Source of the DNA: the human T2T-CHM13v2.0 reference genome, Homo sapiens
Direction: 5' to 3' (one strand)
DNA: 64,000 bases
Assembly (NCBI RefSeq): GCF_009914755.1
Contig: NC_060926.1
A model generated the notes under the pieces. The model was given only the letters and a program-made list of their open reading frames with translations. It was not told the origin of the DNA and searched no databases. Every line of letters starts with the position of its first letter. Within the stretch, counting starts at the first letter, position 1. A program made the translations under genes and the position numbers. Shown in pieces: positions 44,050 through 53,080 of this stretch.

Positions 44050-44870
44050 GGCATCCGCAGCACTCGCAGGTCTCTCTCCCTCCCTTGGTTGAGGGGGGCG
44101 GGCAGGAATCGCGGGCCAACCCCACCTGGCCCGCAGGCCCGCAGCCACGTGCGGGACTCCCTCCTGCTCGCGGATCTCGAGACCGGAAGACGAAGGAACG
44201 TGGCCTCGTAGTAAACCGTAGTAAAGAGAGAAGGGAAACAAAATGGGGCTCGTCACATGGTTACGGCCTGGATTTTTCTCAATTAAAAATAAGAGCAAGT
44301 GTGTGTTTCCGGCCCCCGTCCGTGGGCTGGTTGGACTTTTTCATTCTTAGGATTCTGATCCAAATGCAAGAATACAGCTGAGGGCACAACGTCCTCAGTC
44401 GGCGGGCGCGGTGCAGAGGGGGCCTGCGGCTCGGCCTGCGGGCACCCGCGGGAAAGAGGTGCCAGGCAGGGTGGCAGAAAGCGGCCCAGGGACGCCCGCC
44501 CGCCACCACCGCCAGGGGACCCGCGGAGAGCCCCGCCCCGCGCCCGCCGCGGCTCAGCCGTTTCACATGCTGATTGGCTGTGGTGGGGGCCAATCAGCGC
44601 CCAACCGCCCCGCCCGCCCGGGACCCAGAGCCGCGCGGCTGTGCCCGAGGGCGGGGCCTCGCCCGCCAGCGCCGACCACGCGGCCCGGGAAGGGGCCCCA
44701 CCGCCCTGGATGACCCGAGACGGGCGGGGGCGGGAGACCCGAGGGCGGTCTGGCTGCAGATTCCCCCACCCCGGGCGAAAGGGGGCTCGGAAGAGGGAGG
44801 AGAAGGAATGCAGGAAGCGGAGGTGACCCGGAAAAGGGAAAGTGCCAGGGCCGAGAGGGTTTGCGCCAGC
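44050..44870. promoter_or_regulatory. Intronic CpG island with promoter-like motifs (inverted CCAAT pair, GC boxes, E-box)
   Basis: CpG-dense non-repeat block; gctgattggc 44569-44578 and gccaatcagc 44589-44598; GC boxes near 44531, 44608 and 44649; CACGTG near 44146. Confidence 0.75.
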
Positions 44871-47840
44871 CAAAAAGGCCACAGGGCTGGGGAAAGGGGA
44901 GGGAGGGGAGGCAACCTTGGAGGTACGGAATCCTTGACATCACAAAAAAGGAAACTGAATGAAAAAGAAATGGAAAGAGTCTTTTTCTGTTTTTTTTCTT
45001 TTTCTTTTTTCTTTTAAAGGGGGAGGGCATAACAAAGAATGACAAAAACAAAAAAACTGAACCCAAAAGGCATGGCTGGGGTCTGTGTCTTTGTCAGCTG
45101 CAGTTTCAAAACTAAAAGATAAATTTGATGCCAGGTAAAGGTGGCAGGGCTGCTATGACCGAGTCTGAGAGGCTCTTTTTGCCCTGCTTCTTGGGCTCTC
45201 AATTTACTCTCTGCAGAGAGTGGGCCACAAGTACTGCGAAATTCTGAAAAGGAGCAAAAGAAAAAAAGGATAATGTCAGGAACATGAAATAAGAGGTGGA
45301 AACAAAGGGATGGCAGGGGATAGTACTAGAAAACGAGCAAGCCAGAACTAAGAGGCTATGCAAGAGAAAGGGCAGGCAGAAAAGGTCACTGGACTACAGG
45401 TAAAGCAGACAGGCTTCCAACAAGTAGAGCTCCTGAGCTCAGTGCTTCACAAGTGTTCTCCTCTTAACAGACAATGAAAAATTTTAAACAAGCCGAGATG
45501 TTTCAACAGAGCCCACGCCTCATCATACCTCTATTCCTTTCACCGAGTCTCAGGTTTTACCTGAGAAATGAGGAAAAGAAGCAAAGACAGCAATTGCTGA
45601 GGAAGTGAGGAAAATAATGTTTGCACACACATTCGGAGCAGAAGCTGTTTGCCACTCACAGGTCTGACTTCTGTCTGTTTCAGATAGCTATAGAATAACA
45701 TCTTTGGACTCAACAGGGCACAGGCAAGCAAGCAGAATTGAGGATGTAAATGTGCCAGGTAGCATTTGGTGCCTCACTTTAAACACCAACACAAACATCT
45801 CAAATACGCATTGTAGAATTTTCCTGGCACTGTGCAAAGCATGGTCGATTGTTACTCCAGAATTATTAGAAATAGGATTATATGATTATTCCAGAATATT
45901 TTATTTTCCCAAAGAAGGTTAAGGATAGAATTTTGTAGAGTTTTTGTTTTTTTAATGCATCCAACACATAGGAGAATTTTATTTTAAAGCCCTTTTTAAA
46001 AATGAAAATTCTAGTTGGTCATCAATTCTCTTCAGAGCAAACATCATTTATTCTACTCTATAAAAAGAAACCTAAACAAATTAAGATGACAAGTAAGAAA
46101 AACTTATTCTCTTTATCTCCTTTAAAACCAAAATTTTAGTTCTGCTGGGCTGGTTTTCTTCAAATTCTCATTATTTTACCAATGAGGCACTTTATAATAC
46201 AAATGCTTAAAGTGTTGAGGGATTCTGACTCCCAAAAACATCATTTGATATAACAAGATTTGTACTACTGATGTTGATATACACAATTAAATCTTTCTTC
46301 TAGTGAATGATGAAAATAAATGTTGAAGTAAATACTGATCAAATAAATGCTTTTTGTAACATATCACCCAAAATCTTCATTTGAGTGTTCATATACCTTT
46401 TTCTTGTTCTATAAAATAGAGAATTATATGGATCAAATATTGGAAACAGAATTAAGAAGACTATGAACACATGATAAATAAATACCTGTCAATAGGAAAC
46501 CAGGGCACAGATTAATTTCTTATGAATGGACACAAATTAAGAAAAATCAGTGCTTTTAAAAGCTCATTCTGTGGAGCATAGATAAAATTCACAAGATAAT
46601 CAGTTTGTCAGAGTAAAGTGTTTCCAAATGCTGGAAACTTCTGCATTGCCAACTCATCACATTATTTGCAAACTGTACTCTCTTCTACCCACAATTATGA
46701 CCACCAGAAAACAGGATCAACAGAACGAAGGGCAGGCTAATTTCCTATTACAAATGTTTTTCATTTTTAATACGGCATTAGCCACAGAAGACCTAAAGCC
46801 AACTTTCAGCATTTACTGTGGTGTCTACTTTTGAACTTAAAGGCACACAGCAAATAACCCTAAAAGTGGAGGGTATACAGTTTAGCCCTTCTACTCAATG
46901 CAAAACAAAACAAATTAAGGCATGTTCCTGACTTAGTATGCATTCTTCTCAACAAATAAAAGTAATTTTACAGAAGATATATAGTAGCCCCCAAATGATA
47001 TCTGTAATGTCTCAGTGCAAGAAGAGATAACTATAAGGCAGACATCCTAGGATGAACTCCCATAACTCTTAATAATGGGTCCCAGACACATACAGAGTTT
47101 CCTGCATATCCTGTACAAGAGAGGCCAGGCCCGTGGGATGGTGGGTCGGTGTGTGAATAATATTTCACAAATCCTGGTACATGAACAAAAGGAGAACGTC
47201 ACCCATAATTACTTTCTTGAGAGATCACAAAATAGATAGGTACTTCTCTCTAAATACATATTTCTAAAAAGCTCTTACTCCTGATCTTTTTAGGGCAGGA
47301 TGAATAGAAATCAATGCTTCCCGCTGCTGTTTATGTTGCCCTAGTATTATGAAATCACAGAACAAAAGTACAGAGAACAACTTGATAAGATCACCCTTAA
47401 GGGCTCCCAGAAACTATTAAGATAGTTTAAGATAAGGAAGGGTTTAGCCCCTGTGTTAACAAATATTTTTTGTAGAACTGTCCCTTCCAGGGGCTGACCT
47501 AAATATATAGTGAAAAGAAAACTTCAACAAACAAATCAAGCTTCTTACGGAGGAACTCTACAAAACGCAGAACTGGCATAGGATATATGTTTTAAAAATA
47601 CTGCAGTAACTACTTCACTTGGGAATTCTCAAACGAAAAAGCCCTCCTGTGGCTGCTCCTACATGTTTGTTTGACTCTCTGCCAGATGTCAGTGTGGGGT
47701 GAGCATCTTGTGTGCCCTGAGAATCTAAGTGCATTCTCCCTGAGGAAGCAGTGGGAAAGAACAGGAAGGGGCAGAGGCGAAGAACAGAATTCAAGGACAA
47801 GGTTAAAAGCAGTTTTGTCTTCTGACTTTGTCACCATGAA

Positions 47841-47850
47841 ACGCACCTGC
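47841..47850 (-). other. IRS1: 5' splice donor ending IRS1 exon 1 (CAG|GTGCGT; last exonic base 47847)
   Basis: Minus strand reads TAG ctcaactggacatcacagcag|gtgcgt, so the junction is 21 nt after the stop. This matches the known two-exon structure with a 3'UTR intron. Confidence 0.85.
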
Positions 47851-47867
47851 TGTGATGTCCAGTTGAG

Positions 47868-50800
47868 CTACTGACGGTCCTCTGGCTGCTTCTGGAAACT
47901 GATGCTGGCATAGGCGCTTAAATCCTCACTTGAGCGGCGGGTGGAGCTGCTCTCACCGCTGCCCAGGGGTTGATGAGGGGGTGGGGGTGGGGGAGGCTGC
48001 GGTTCAGGGGTGCACTCCTGAGGGCACTGTTTGAAGTCCTTGACCAAATCCAGGTCTATGTAGTTAAGACCATTCTCCAAACCCCCAGCAGCCCCACACA
48101 GTTTGGCTGGCTCCTTGGGGGCTCCCCCAAGCTCCCCAGGCCTCAGCCACACATTCTCAAAGGAAGCAGAGCTGTGGCGTTTCACATCCTCGCTGCTGCT
48201 GCTGCTACCGCCACCGCCCCCTACTGCTGCCCCCGCTCCAAAGGGCACTGTGTTGCCCACCCGGGTGGCACTGGGTGTTGAGGAGAAAGTCTCGGAGCTA
48301 TGCCTCCGCCGGCACCCTTGTGGGTCTGCACGGATCACTTTGGCACTCTGGTTGCGGTTAGGACTGAGGTTCACCCGGGTGAAGGCGCTCATGCCCCCAG
48401 GTCCTTGTGGGCCCCCCAGCAGGGACGAGTGGGCAGCCAGCTCTGCTGCCCCTTGAGGCCCAGTCGGGGAAGCAGAGGCTGCTGAGGATGAGGAGGCAGC
48501 AGCCATGGTGGCCCTGGGCAGGCTCACCTCCTCTGCAGCAATGCCTGTTCGCATGTCAGCATAGCTTACAGGGGCAGCTGGCGAGGTGTCCACGTAGCTC
48601 TGACGGGGACAACTCATCTGCATGGTCATGTAGTCACCCCGGCTGCTGGGCACTGCCCGGGTAGGCCTGCAAATGCTAGCAGCCCCGGGAGGTGCAGGGC
48701 CCAGTCTGCCCATCTCGACCCCAGTGCTCTCCTGCCAGGCTGCCCTCCGGCCCGGCCCCAGGTCCATCTTCATGTACTCCTCAGTGCCAGTCTCTTCCTC
48801 TCTGGGAGCTGGCTGGAGCTGGGATGGACACCTGACAGAAGGTGAGCTGTGGAAAGCCACCGGGCCAGACAAGTAGCCAGACTGATCACTCCCAAATTCA
48901 ATATTGACATATTCCCCCGGGCTCTTGGGCTCTGGAGGGTGCAGCAAGGGCTGCTGCTGCTGCTGCTGCTCTCGGGCCCGAGGTAAGGTGCTGGCCTTGG
49001 GATCCCCCAGGGACAGCCTCGTGGGCCGGGCCAGGCGGCTATTGGTCTGAGCAGCTGTGTCCACCTTTCGAGGCAGATGGGGCTGCAGAACCTGATGGTG
49101 GGGATGTGGAAGGCTGGGCTCCAGCCTAGCCCCGCAGTATCCCCCACCCAGGCTGTCGCTGCTGGTGGAAGAGGAAGAATCATCCGCTGTTGCAGCATAG
49201 AGAAGGCGACCAGAGCTAGTGGAAAGGCGGAGGTGCTGATGCCGGGCACCCTCCTCCGGCTCCCCGGGGCGCTGGGTGTGCTTAAAGGATCTTGGCAATG
49301 AGTAGTAGGAGAGGACTGGCTTGTGCTGGGGGTCCTCAGGGCCGTAGTAGCAGTCGGAGGGGCTGCTGGTGTTGGAGTCCCCCACTGGTGACATGTTCAT
49401 GTAGTCACCTGTGCAAGGTAAGAGCTTACCACCGCTGCTCTCCACTGGGGGTTTGGGGTGAGGCAAGACATGAGAGTGGTGGCCCCCTACCCCGTTTGTC
49501 CACAGCTTTCCATAGCTGGTCCCGGAAGGGACGGCGTTGCTGCTGCTGCTGCTGCTGCTGGGGCCACCTCCAATGTCAGGAGAGCAGCCACCGCTGGGGG
49601 ACATCATCATGTAGCCATTGGGGTCCACTCTCTGGGGATGGCGTCTGATGGGATTGATGATCTGCTGTGGGGCAGATACGCTCTTGGGGCTCATGGGCAT
49701 ATAGTCTCCACTGCCCTTTCGGCCACTGGGCACTGGGGCCACCCCTGGGGACATGGGCATGTAGCCATCATCCGTGTGGAGGGTGGAGCTGTCTGGGCGG
49801 TGGTGCCCCCCCCGACGCTCCAAGGGGTGCATTTCCAGACCCTCCTCTGGGTAGGAGCGGGTGGGCACGAAGGCGGAGTGCCTGTGTCCCGGCAGTCGGC
49901 CTCCACTGCCACCTCCTGGTGGGTAGGCAGGCATCATCTCTGTGTACTCCTCAATGGAAGCCACTGAGGACTGGGACGGGGTCTTCTGGTGGGTAATGGT
50001 AGGGGATGTGCCTGCCGAGTGAGTTCTCTTTCGGAACCGATTATCCAGATCTGCAGCACTGGCTGCTTCATCCCCAGCCAAGGCTGGACTCGTGCCCAAG
50101 CCTGTTCCTGGGGTGCAGCGGTGGCCATTGCCACCCCGAGACAAAATGTAGTGACCGTTGGGGGCGGTCAGGGTGGAGGGCCCCTTGCCACCCATGCAGA
50201 TATAGTTGCTTAGCTCCTCCTCACCGCGGGCTGGTGGGGTGTGGCCCAGGGAATCCGGAGTGACACTGCGGAAGGAACTCCGGAAATCGCAGGGACTGGA
50301 GCCATACTCATCCGAGGAGATGAAACCGCCATCGCTGGGGGAACCAGACACCGAAGCACTAGATCGCCGTGGGAAGAGACAATCCGAGGTGGAGCCATGG
50401 CCACTGGTGCTACTGGACGACAGACTGACCGGGCTGGTGGCCGAAGGCGAGCAGCGGGAAGCCGGCATGGGGATGGAGCGGCTGTGGTTGAGCGGGGGGT
50501 GCAGCCGGGCGCTGCCCCGATGCCGGTGGGCGTGGGTTCTGTTGGTGCTGGGACTCACAGGGCTGCCGTCCACCGAGGCTGGGCGGGACATGGTGCCTTC
50601 GCCGTCACTGGAGGCGCGGACACGGAAGGAGCCTGGCTTCCCGCCCACCATGCTGGCCGGGGAGGTGGCGGTGATGCTCTCAGTGCGTGATCGGCGGGTC
50701 AGCCCCACCTGGCTGGGCGGGGGATTGTTGAGATGGTGCCGGCGCAGGGGGACGCTGATGGGGTTAGAGCAGTTGGACGAGGACTGGCTCTTGCTGCGAG

Positions 50801-51596
50801 GGCGGAACTCATCACTCATGGCCCGCATGGCCTCCAGGATGGTCTCGTGCATGTTCTGGGCCACCACAGAGTCATCCACCTGCATCCAGAACTCCCCGGG
50901 CCCCGTCACGGCAGAACGGCCCACCTCGATGAAGAAGAAGTTTTCCGAGTGGCCACAGCGCCTGATGTTCATCAGCTGCAGCACCACGGCCGCTGCCTCC
51001 GAGTTCAGCTTCACGAAGCTGATGGTCTTGCTGGTCAGGCAAAGGCGGTAGATACCAATCAGGTTCTTTGTCTGACCCAGGCCCTTGGGCTTCAGGATCA
51101 CTTGCCAGACCTCTTTGAATGCGGGTCCTGGGGGCACGTCACCGTAGCTCAAGTCCTCCCCAGCCTCACCAAGGCCGGAGCTGCCGCTGCAGCTGCCCCC
51201 ACCACCTCCCGCCCCGAGGGCCGCAGCTCCGTCGTGGTGGCCCTTAGCACGGTTGTGCAGCTGTAGGAGAGCCTGGTACCAGCTGTCTTGCTCGGCCTCG
51301 CTGTCCGCCGCGATGGCAAAGTGCTCGTCCCGGGTGTAGAGAGCCACCAGGTGCTTGTTCTTGGAGTCAGCCCGCTTGTTGATGTTGAAGCAGCTCTCAA
51401 GGGGGATCGAGCGTTTGGGGGCGCTCGACTTGTGCCGCCACTTCTTCTCGTTCTCGTAGTACTCGAGGCGCGCCGGGCCCCCAGCCTCGCTGGCCGCGCG
51501 CAGTACGAAGAAGCGTTTGTGCATGCTCTTGGGTTTGCGCAGGTAGCCCACCTTGCGCACGTCCGAGAAGCCATCGCTCTCCGGAGGGCTCGCCAT
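47868..51596 (-). CDS. IRS1: Insulin receptor substrate 1, 1242 aa, uninterrupted CDS
   Basis: ORF MASPPESDGFSDVRKVGYLRKPKSMHKRFF... with N-terminal PH domain, IRS-type PTB domain (FKEVWQVILKPKGLGQTKNLIGIYRLCLT), YxxM PI3K sites (YMPM x2, YMMM, YMNM, YMKM, YMTM), GRB2 site YVNI, SHP2 sites YIDL and YASI, ending QKQPEDRQ. Strong Kozak (agcATGG). Codon 971 (48686-48684) is GGG Gly, the common allele of G971/972R. Confidence 0.99.
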   Translation of the reverse strand: MASPPESDGFSDVRKVGYLRKPKSMHKRFFVLRAASEAGGPARLEYYENEKKWRHKSSAPKRSIPLESCFNINKRADSKNKHLVALYTRDEHFAIAADSEAEQDSWYQALLQLHNRAKGHHDGAAALGAGGGGGSCSGSSGLGEAGEDLSYGDVPPGPAFKEVWQVILKPKGLGQTKNLIGIYRLCLTSKTISFVKLNSEAAAVVLQLMNIRRCGHSENFFFIEVGRSAVTGPGEFWMQVDDSVVAQNMHETILEAMRAMSDEFRPRSKSQSSSNCSNPISVPLRRHHLNNPPPSQVGLTRRSRTESITATSPASMVGGKPGSFRVRASSDGEGTMSRPASVDGSPVSPSTNRTHAHRHRGSARLHPPLNHSRSIPMPASRCSPSATSPVSLSSSSTSGHGSTSDCLFPRRSSASVSGSPSDGGFISSDEYGSSPCDFRSSFRSVTPDSLGHTPPARGEEELSNYICMGGKGPSTLTAPNGHYILSRGGNGHRCTPGTGLGTSPALAGDEAASAADLDNRFRKRTHSAGTSPTITHQKTPSQSSVASIEEYTEMMPAYPPGGGSGGRLPGHRHSAFVPTRSYPEEGLEMHPLERRGGHHRPDSSTLHTDDGYMPMSPGVAPVPSGRKGSGDYMPMSPKSVSAPQQIINPIRRHPQRVDPNGYMMMSPSGGCSPDIGGGPSSSSSSSNAVPSGTSYGKLWTNGVGGHHSHVLPHPKPPVESSGGKLLPCTGDYMNMSPVGDSNTSSPSDCYYGPEDPQHKPVLSYYSLPRSFKHTQRPGEPEEGARHQHLRLSTSSGRLLYAATADDSSSSTSSDSLGGGYCGARLEPSLPHPHHQVLQPHLPRKVDTAAQTNSRLARPTRLSLGDPKASTLPRAREQQQQQQPLLHPPEPKSPGEYVNIEFGSDQSGYLSGPVAFHSSPSVRCPSQLQPAPREEETGTEEYMKMDLGPGRRAAWQESTGVEMGRLGPAPPGAASICRPTRAVPSSRGDYMTMQMSCPRQSYVDTSPAAPVSYADMRTGIAAEEVSLPRATMAAASSSSAASASPTGPQGAAELAAHSSLLGGPQGPGGMSAFTRVNLSPNRNQSAKVIRADPQGCRRRHSSETFSSTPSATRVGNTVPFGAGAAVGGGGGSSSSSEDVKRHSSASFENVWLRPGELGGAPKEPAKLCGAAGGLENGLNYIDLDLVKDFKQCPQECTPEPQPPPPPPPHQPLGSGESSSTRRSSEDLSAYASISFQKQPEDRQ

Positions 51597-51997
51597 GCTG
51601 CCACCGCCACCACCAACGCTGAGCAGAGGGAGGCTCCGAAAAACAACCGGGTGGGGGGCGGAGGCTCCTCGCCGCGGCCCGGCACATGCAAACAGGGCTG
51701 GAGGCAGCAGAAACCCCGACTCTGAAATCCACGCCGCCCCCCGCGCCGGGGAGGGGCAGCTGAAGGAGGACGCAGCTGCTGAGCCCAGGAGAGAGCCCGA
51801 CCGGAGTTTTCGGGCGCTTCACGCCCGGCGGGGAGGCAGTGCGTCCGGGGTGAGGGCAGCCCCGATCCTCCGAGAGCCAAGTCTCCTCTCAGCCGCCGCC
51901 GCCACCAGGAAGGAGCGAAGATGCATCTCTCGTCGCCCCGGCTGGAGTCCGGCACAGGGAGGCGACAGTCGGGGGTCCCTGCGGTGCCCCTCCAGGA

Positions 51998-52015
51998 GCG
52001 CGCGCGCGCGCGCGC
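51998..52015. repeat. (GC)9 alternating repeat
   Basis: gcgcgcgcgcgcgcgcgc, 18 bp, read directly. Confidence 0.95.
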
Positions 52016-52212
52016 CTTCCCTCCTGAGTTCCCCTCTGGAAGCAGCGATTCCCGAGGCAAATTAAATATCCTTGGGCAGGGGGAGGCGGGTTGCCAAGTC
52101 CCAACGTTGCACGGGGTTCTCCCTCCTCCTTCGCCTCCTCCCACCCCCCAACCGTCCCAGCCGCCACCAGCCGCCCAAATACCAGCTCAGTCGCAGAGAC
52201 CGCGGCGCTGCG

Positions 52213-52219
52213 GCTGTTG

Positions 52220-52250
<31 letters not shown>
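52213..52250 (-). repeat. CAG/CAA trinucleotide repeat in the IRS1 leader: (CAG)8 CAA CAG CAA CAG
   Basis: Plus strand (TGC)9 at 52224-52250, preceded by gctgttgctgt. Confidence 0.95.
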
Positions 52251-52629
52251 CGCCGCCCGCGGGCGCGTCCTCTGCAGCCCCCATCCGGGCCCATCTCGGC
52301 GGGTGGAGAAAGTGGCTTTTCCATGCGAAACGATACCGGGCAGCCACTGCAGCTGGGGACCGGCCGGAGGGACAGACTCATCCCTGCCCCTCGCTCCAGG
52401 CGGCTGGGGAGGAGGGGAGGGGACAAGGGCGAGAGGGGATGGGGGAGGTTTGGGAAGGGTTCGGGGAAGACGCCTGTTCCTCGGGAGGCGCTGCCGCTGC
52501 AGTTACTTCTCCCCTCCTCCCTCCTCCTCCTCCTCCTCGGAGAGTTGCCGAGAGCCCCAACCAAAACAAGCGGCGGCGTCTGGCTCTGCGCGCCGGCCCC
52601 CTCCGACCGCGCCGCCGTCTCACTCGGAG

Positions 52630-52910
52630 GAGAAAAACACGTGACGGAGCCTCCGCGCTCGGCAGCCGGGCAGCCGCCGCCGGGAGGCTCCCGCCCGGGT
52701 CTCTACATTCCGGGCCGAGCCCGCCCCGCGCCCGCCCCTCTCCGCCCCCCAGCCGTGCTGCAGCGGCGCCCGCGCCGACCCCGGCGCAGCGCTAGGACAG
52801 CGCCCCTGCGCGGCCGCCAGCTCCGGCGCAGCGCCTCCCTACACGCGCGCCAACCGGGGCGCCCCCGGCCCGCAGGAATCCCCGCGGCGGGCGCAGGCGG
52901 GGGTGTTTGG
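52630..52910 (-). promoter_or_regulatory. TATA-less IRS1 core promoter: E-box GTCACGTG (CACGTG 52638-52643) and SP/KLF GC boxes
   Basis: cacgtgac at 52638; repeated cccgccc/ccgccccc at about 52690-52750; no TATA box seen. Confidence 0.7.
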
Positions 52911-52999
52911 GTGGCTACCCGAAAGCACGAGGGGAGTCTGGGAAAACGGGAGGGGGCGAGCTCGGGAAGACGCAGGAGTGAGGGTGGGGGGCCACGGGG

Positions 53000-53080
53000 G
53001 GGCACTGCGGCTACAGAGCCCCGAGTGGGAGGCCGGGGGGAGGCGGGGGCGCCGGAGCTGGGCTGCCTCTTACCTATCAG
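53000..53080 (+). ncRNA. Candidate first exon of a divergent (head-to-head) lncRNA
   Basis: Strong donor CAG|GTAAGA at 53080/53081 at the distal edge of the CpG island. I recall an annotated divergent lncRNA upstream of IRS1 but cannot verify it here. Start approximate. Confidence 0.4.

Larger units (their letters stand above)
51597..52680 (-). other. IRS1: IRS1 5' leader (about 1.0-1.1 kb, same exon as the CDS); TSS approximate
   Basis: GC-rich stretch between the GC-box cluster (52690-52750) and the ATG. IRS1 is known to carry its 5'UTR and CDS in one exon. The exact TSS cannot be read from sequence. Confidence 0.65.
50200..53080. promoter_or_regulatory. Main CpG island over the IRS1 promoter, leader and 5' CDS
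   Basis: Very high GC and CpG density compared with flanks; boundaries approximate. Confidence 0.9.

Noticed and set aside
43989-45066. 100-199 aa ORFs over the intronic CpG island
   Set aside because: Present in several frames on both strands, driven by GC content, with no protein-like features.
48951-49560. Coding CAG/AGC runs (Q6, S-tracts) as possible expansions
   Set aside because: Short; the protein has the canonical 1242-aa length.
50206-51266. 281-aa and 177-aa antisense ORFs within IRS1
   Set aside because: Shadow ORFs expected opposite a GC-rich CDS.
51149-52144. 331-aa minus-strand ORF overlapping the IRS1 start
   Set aside because: Non-AUG start, low complexity, out of frame with IRS1; no independent support.
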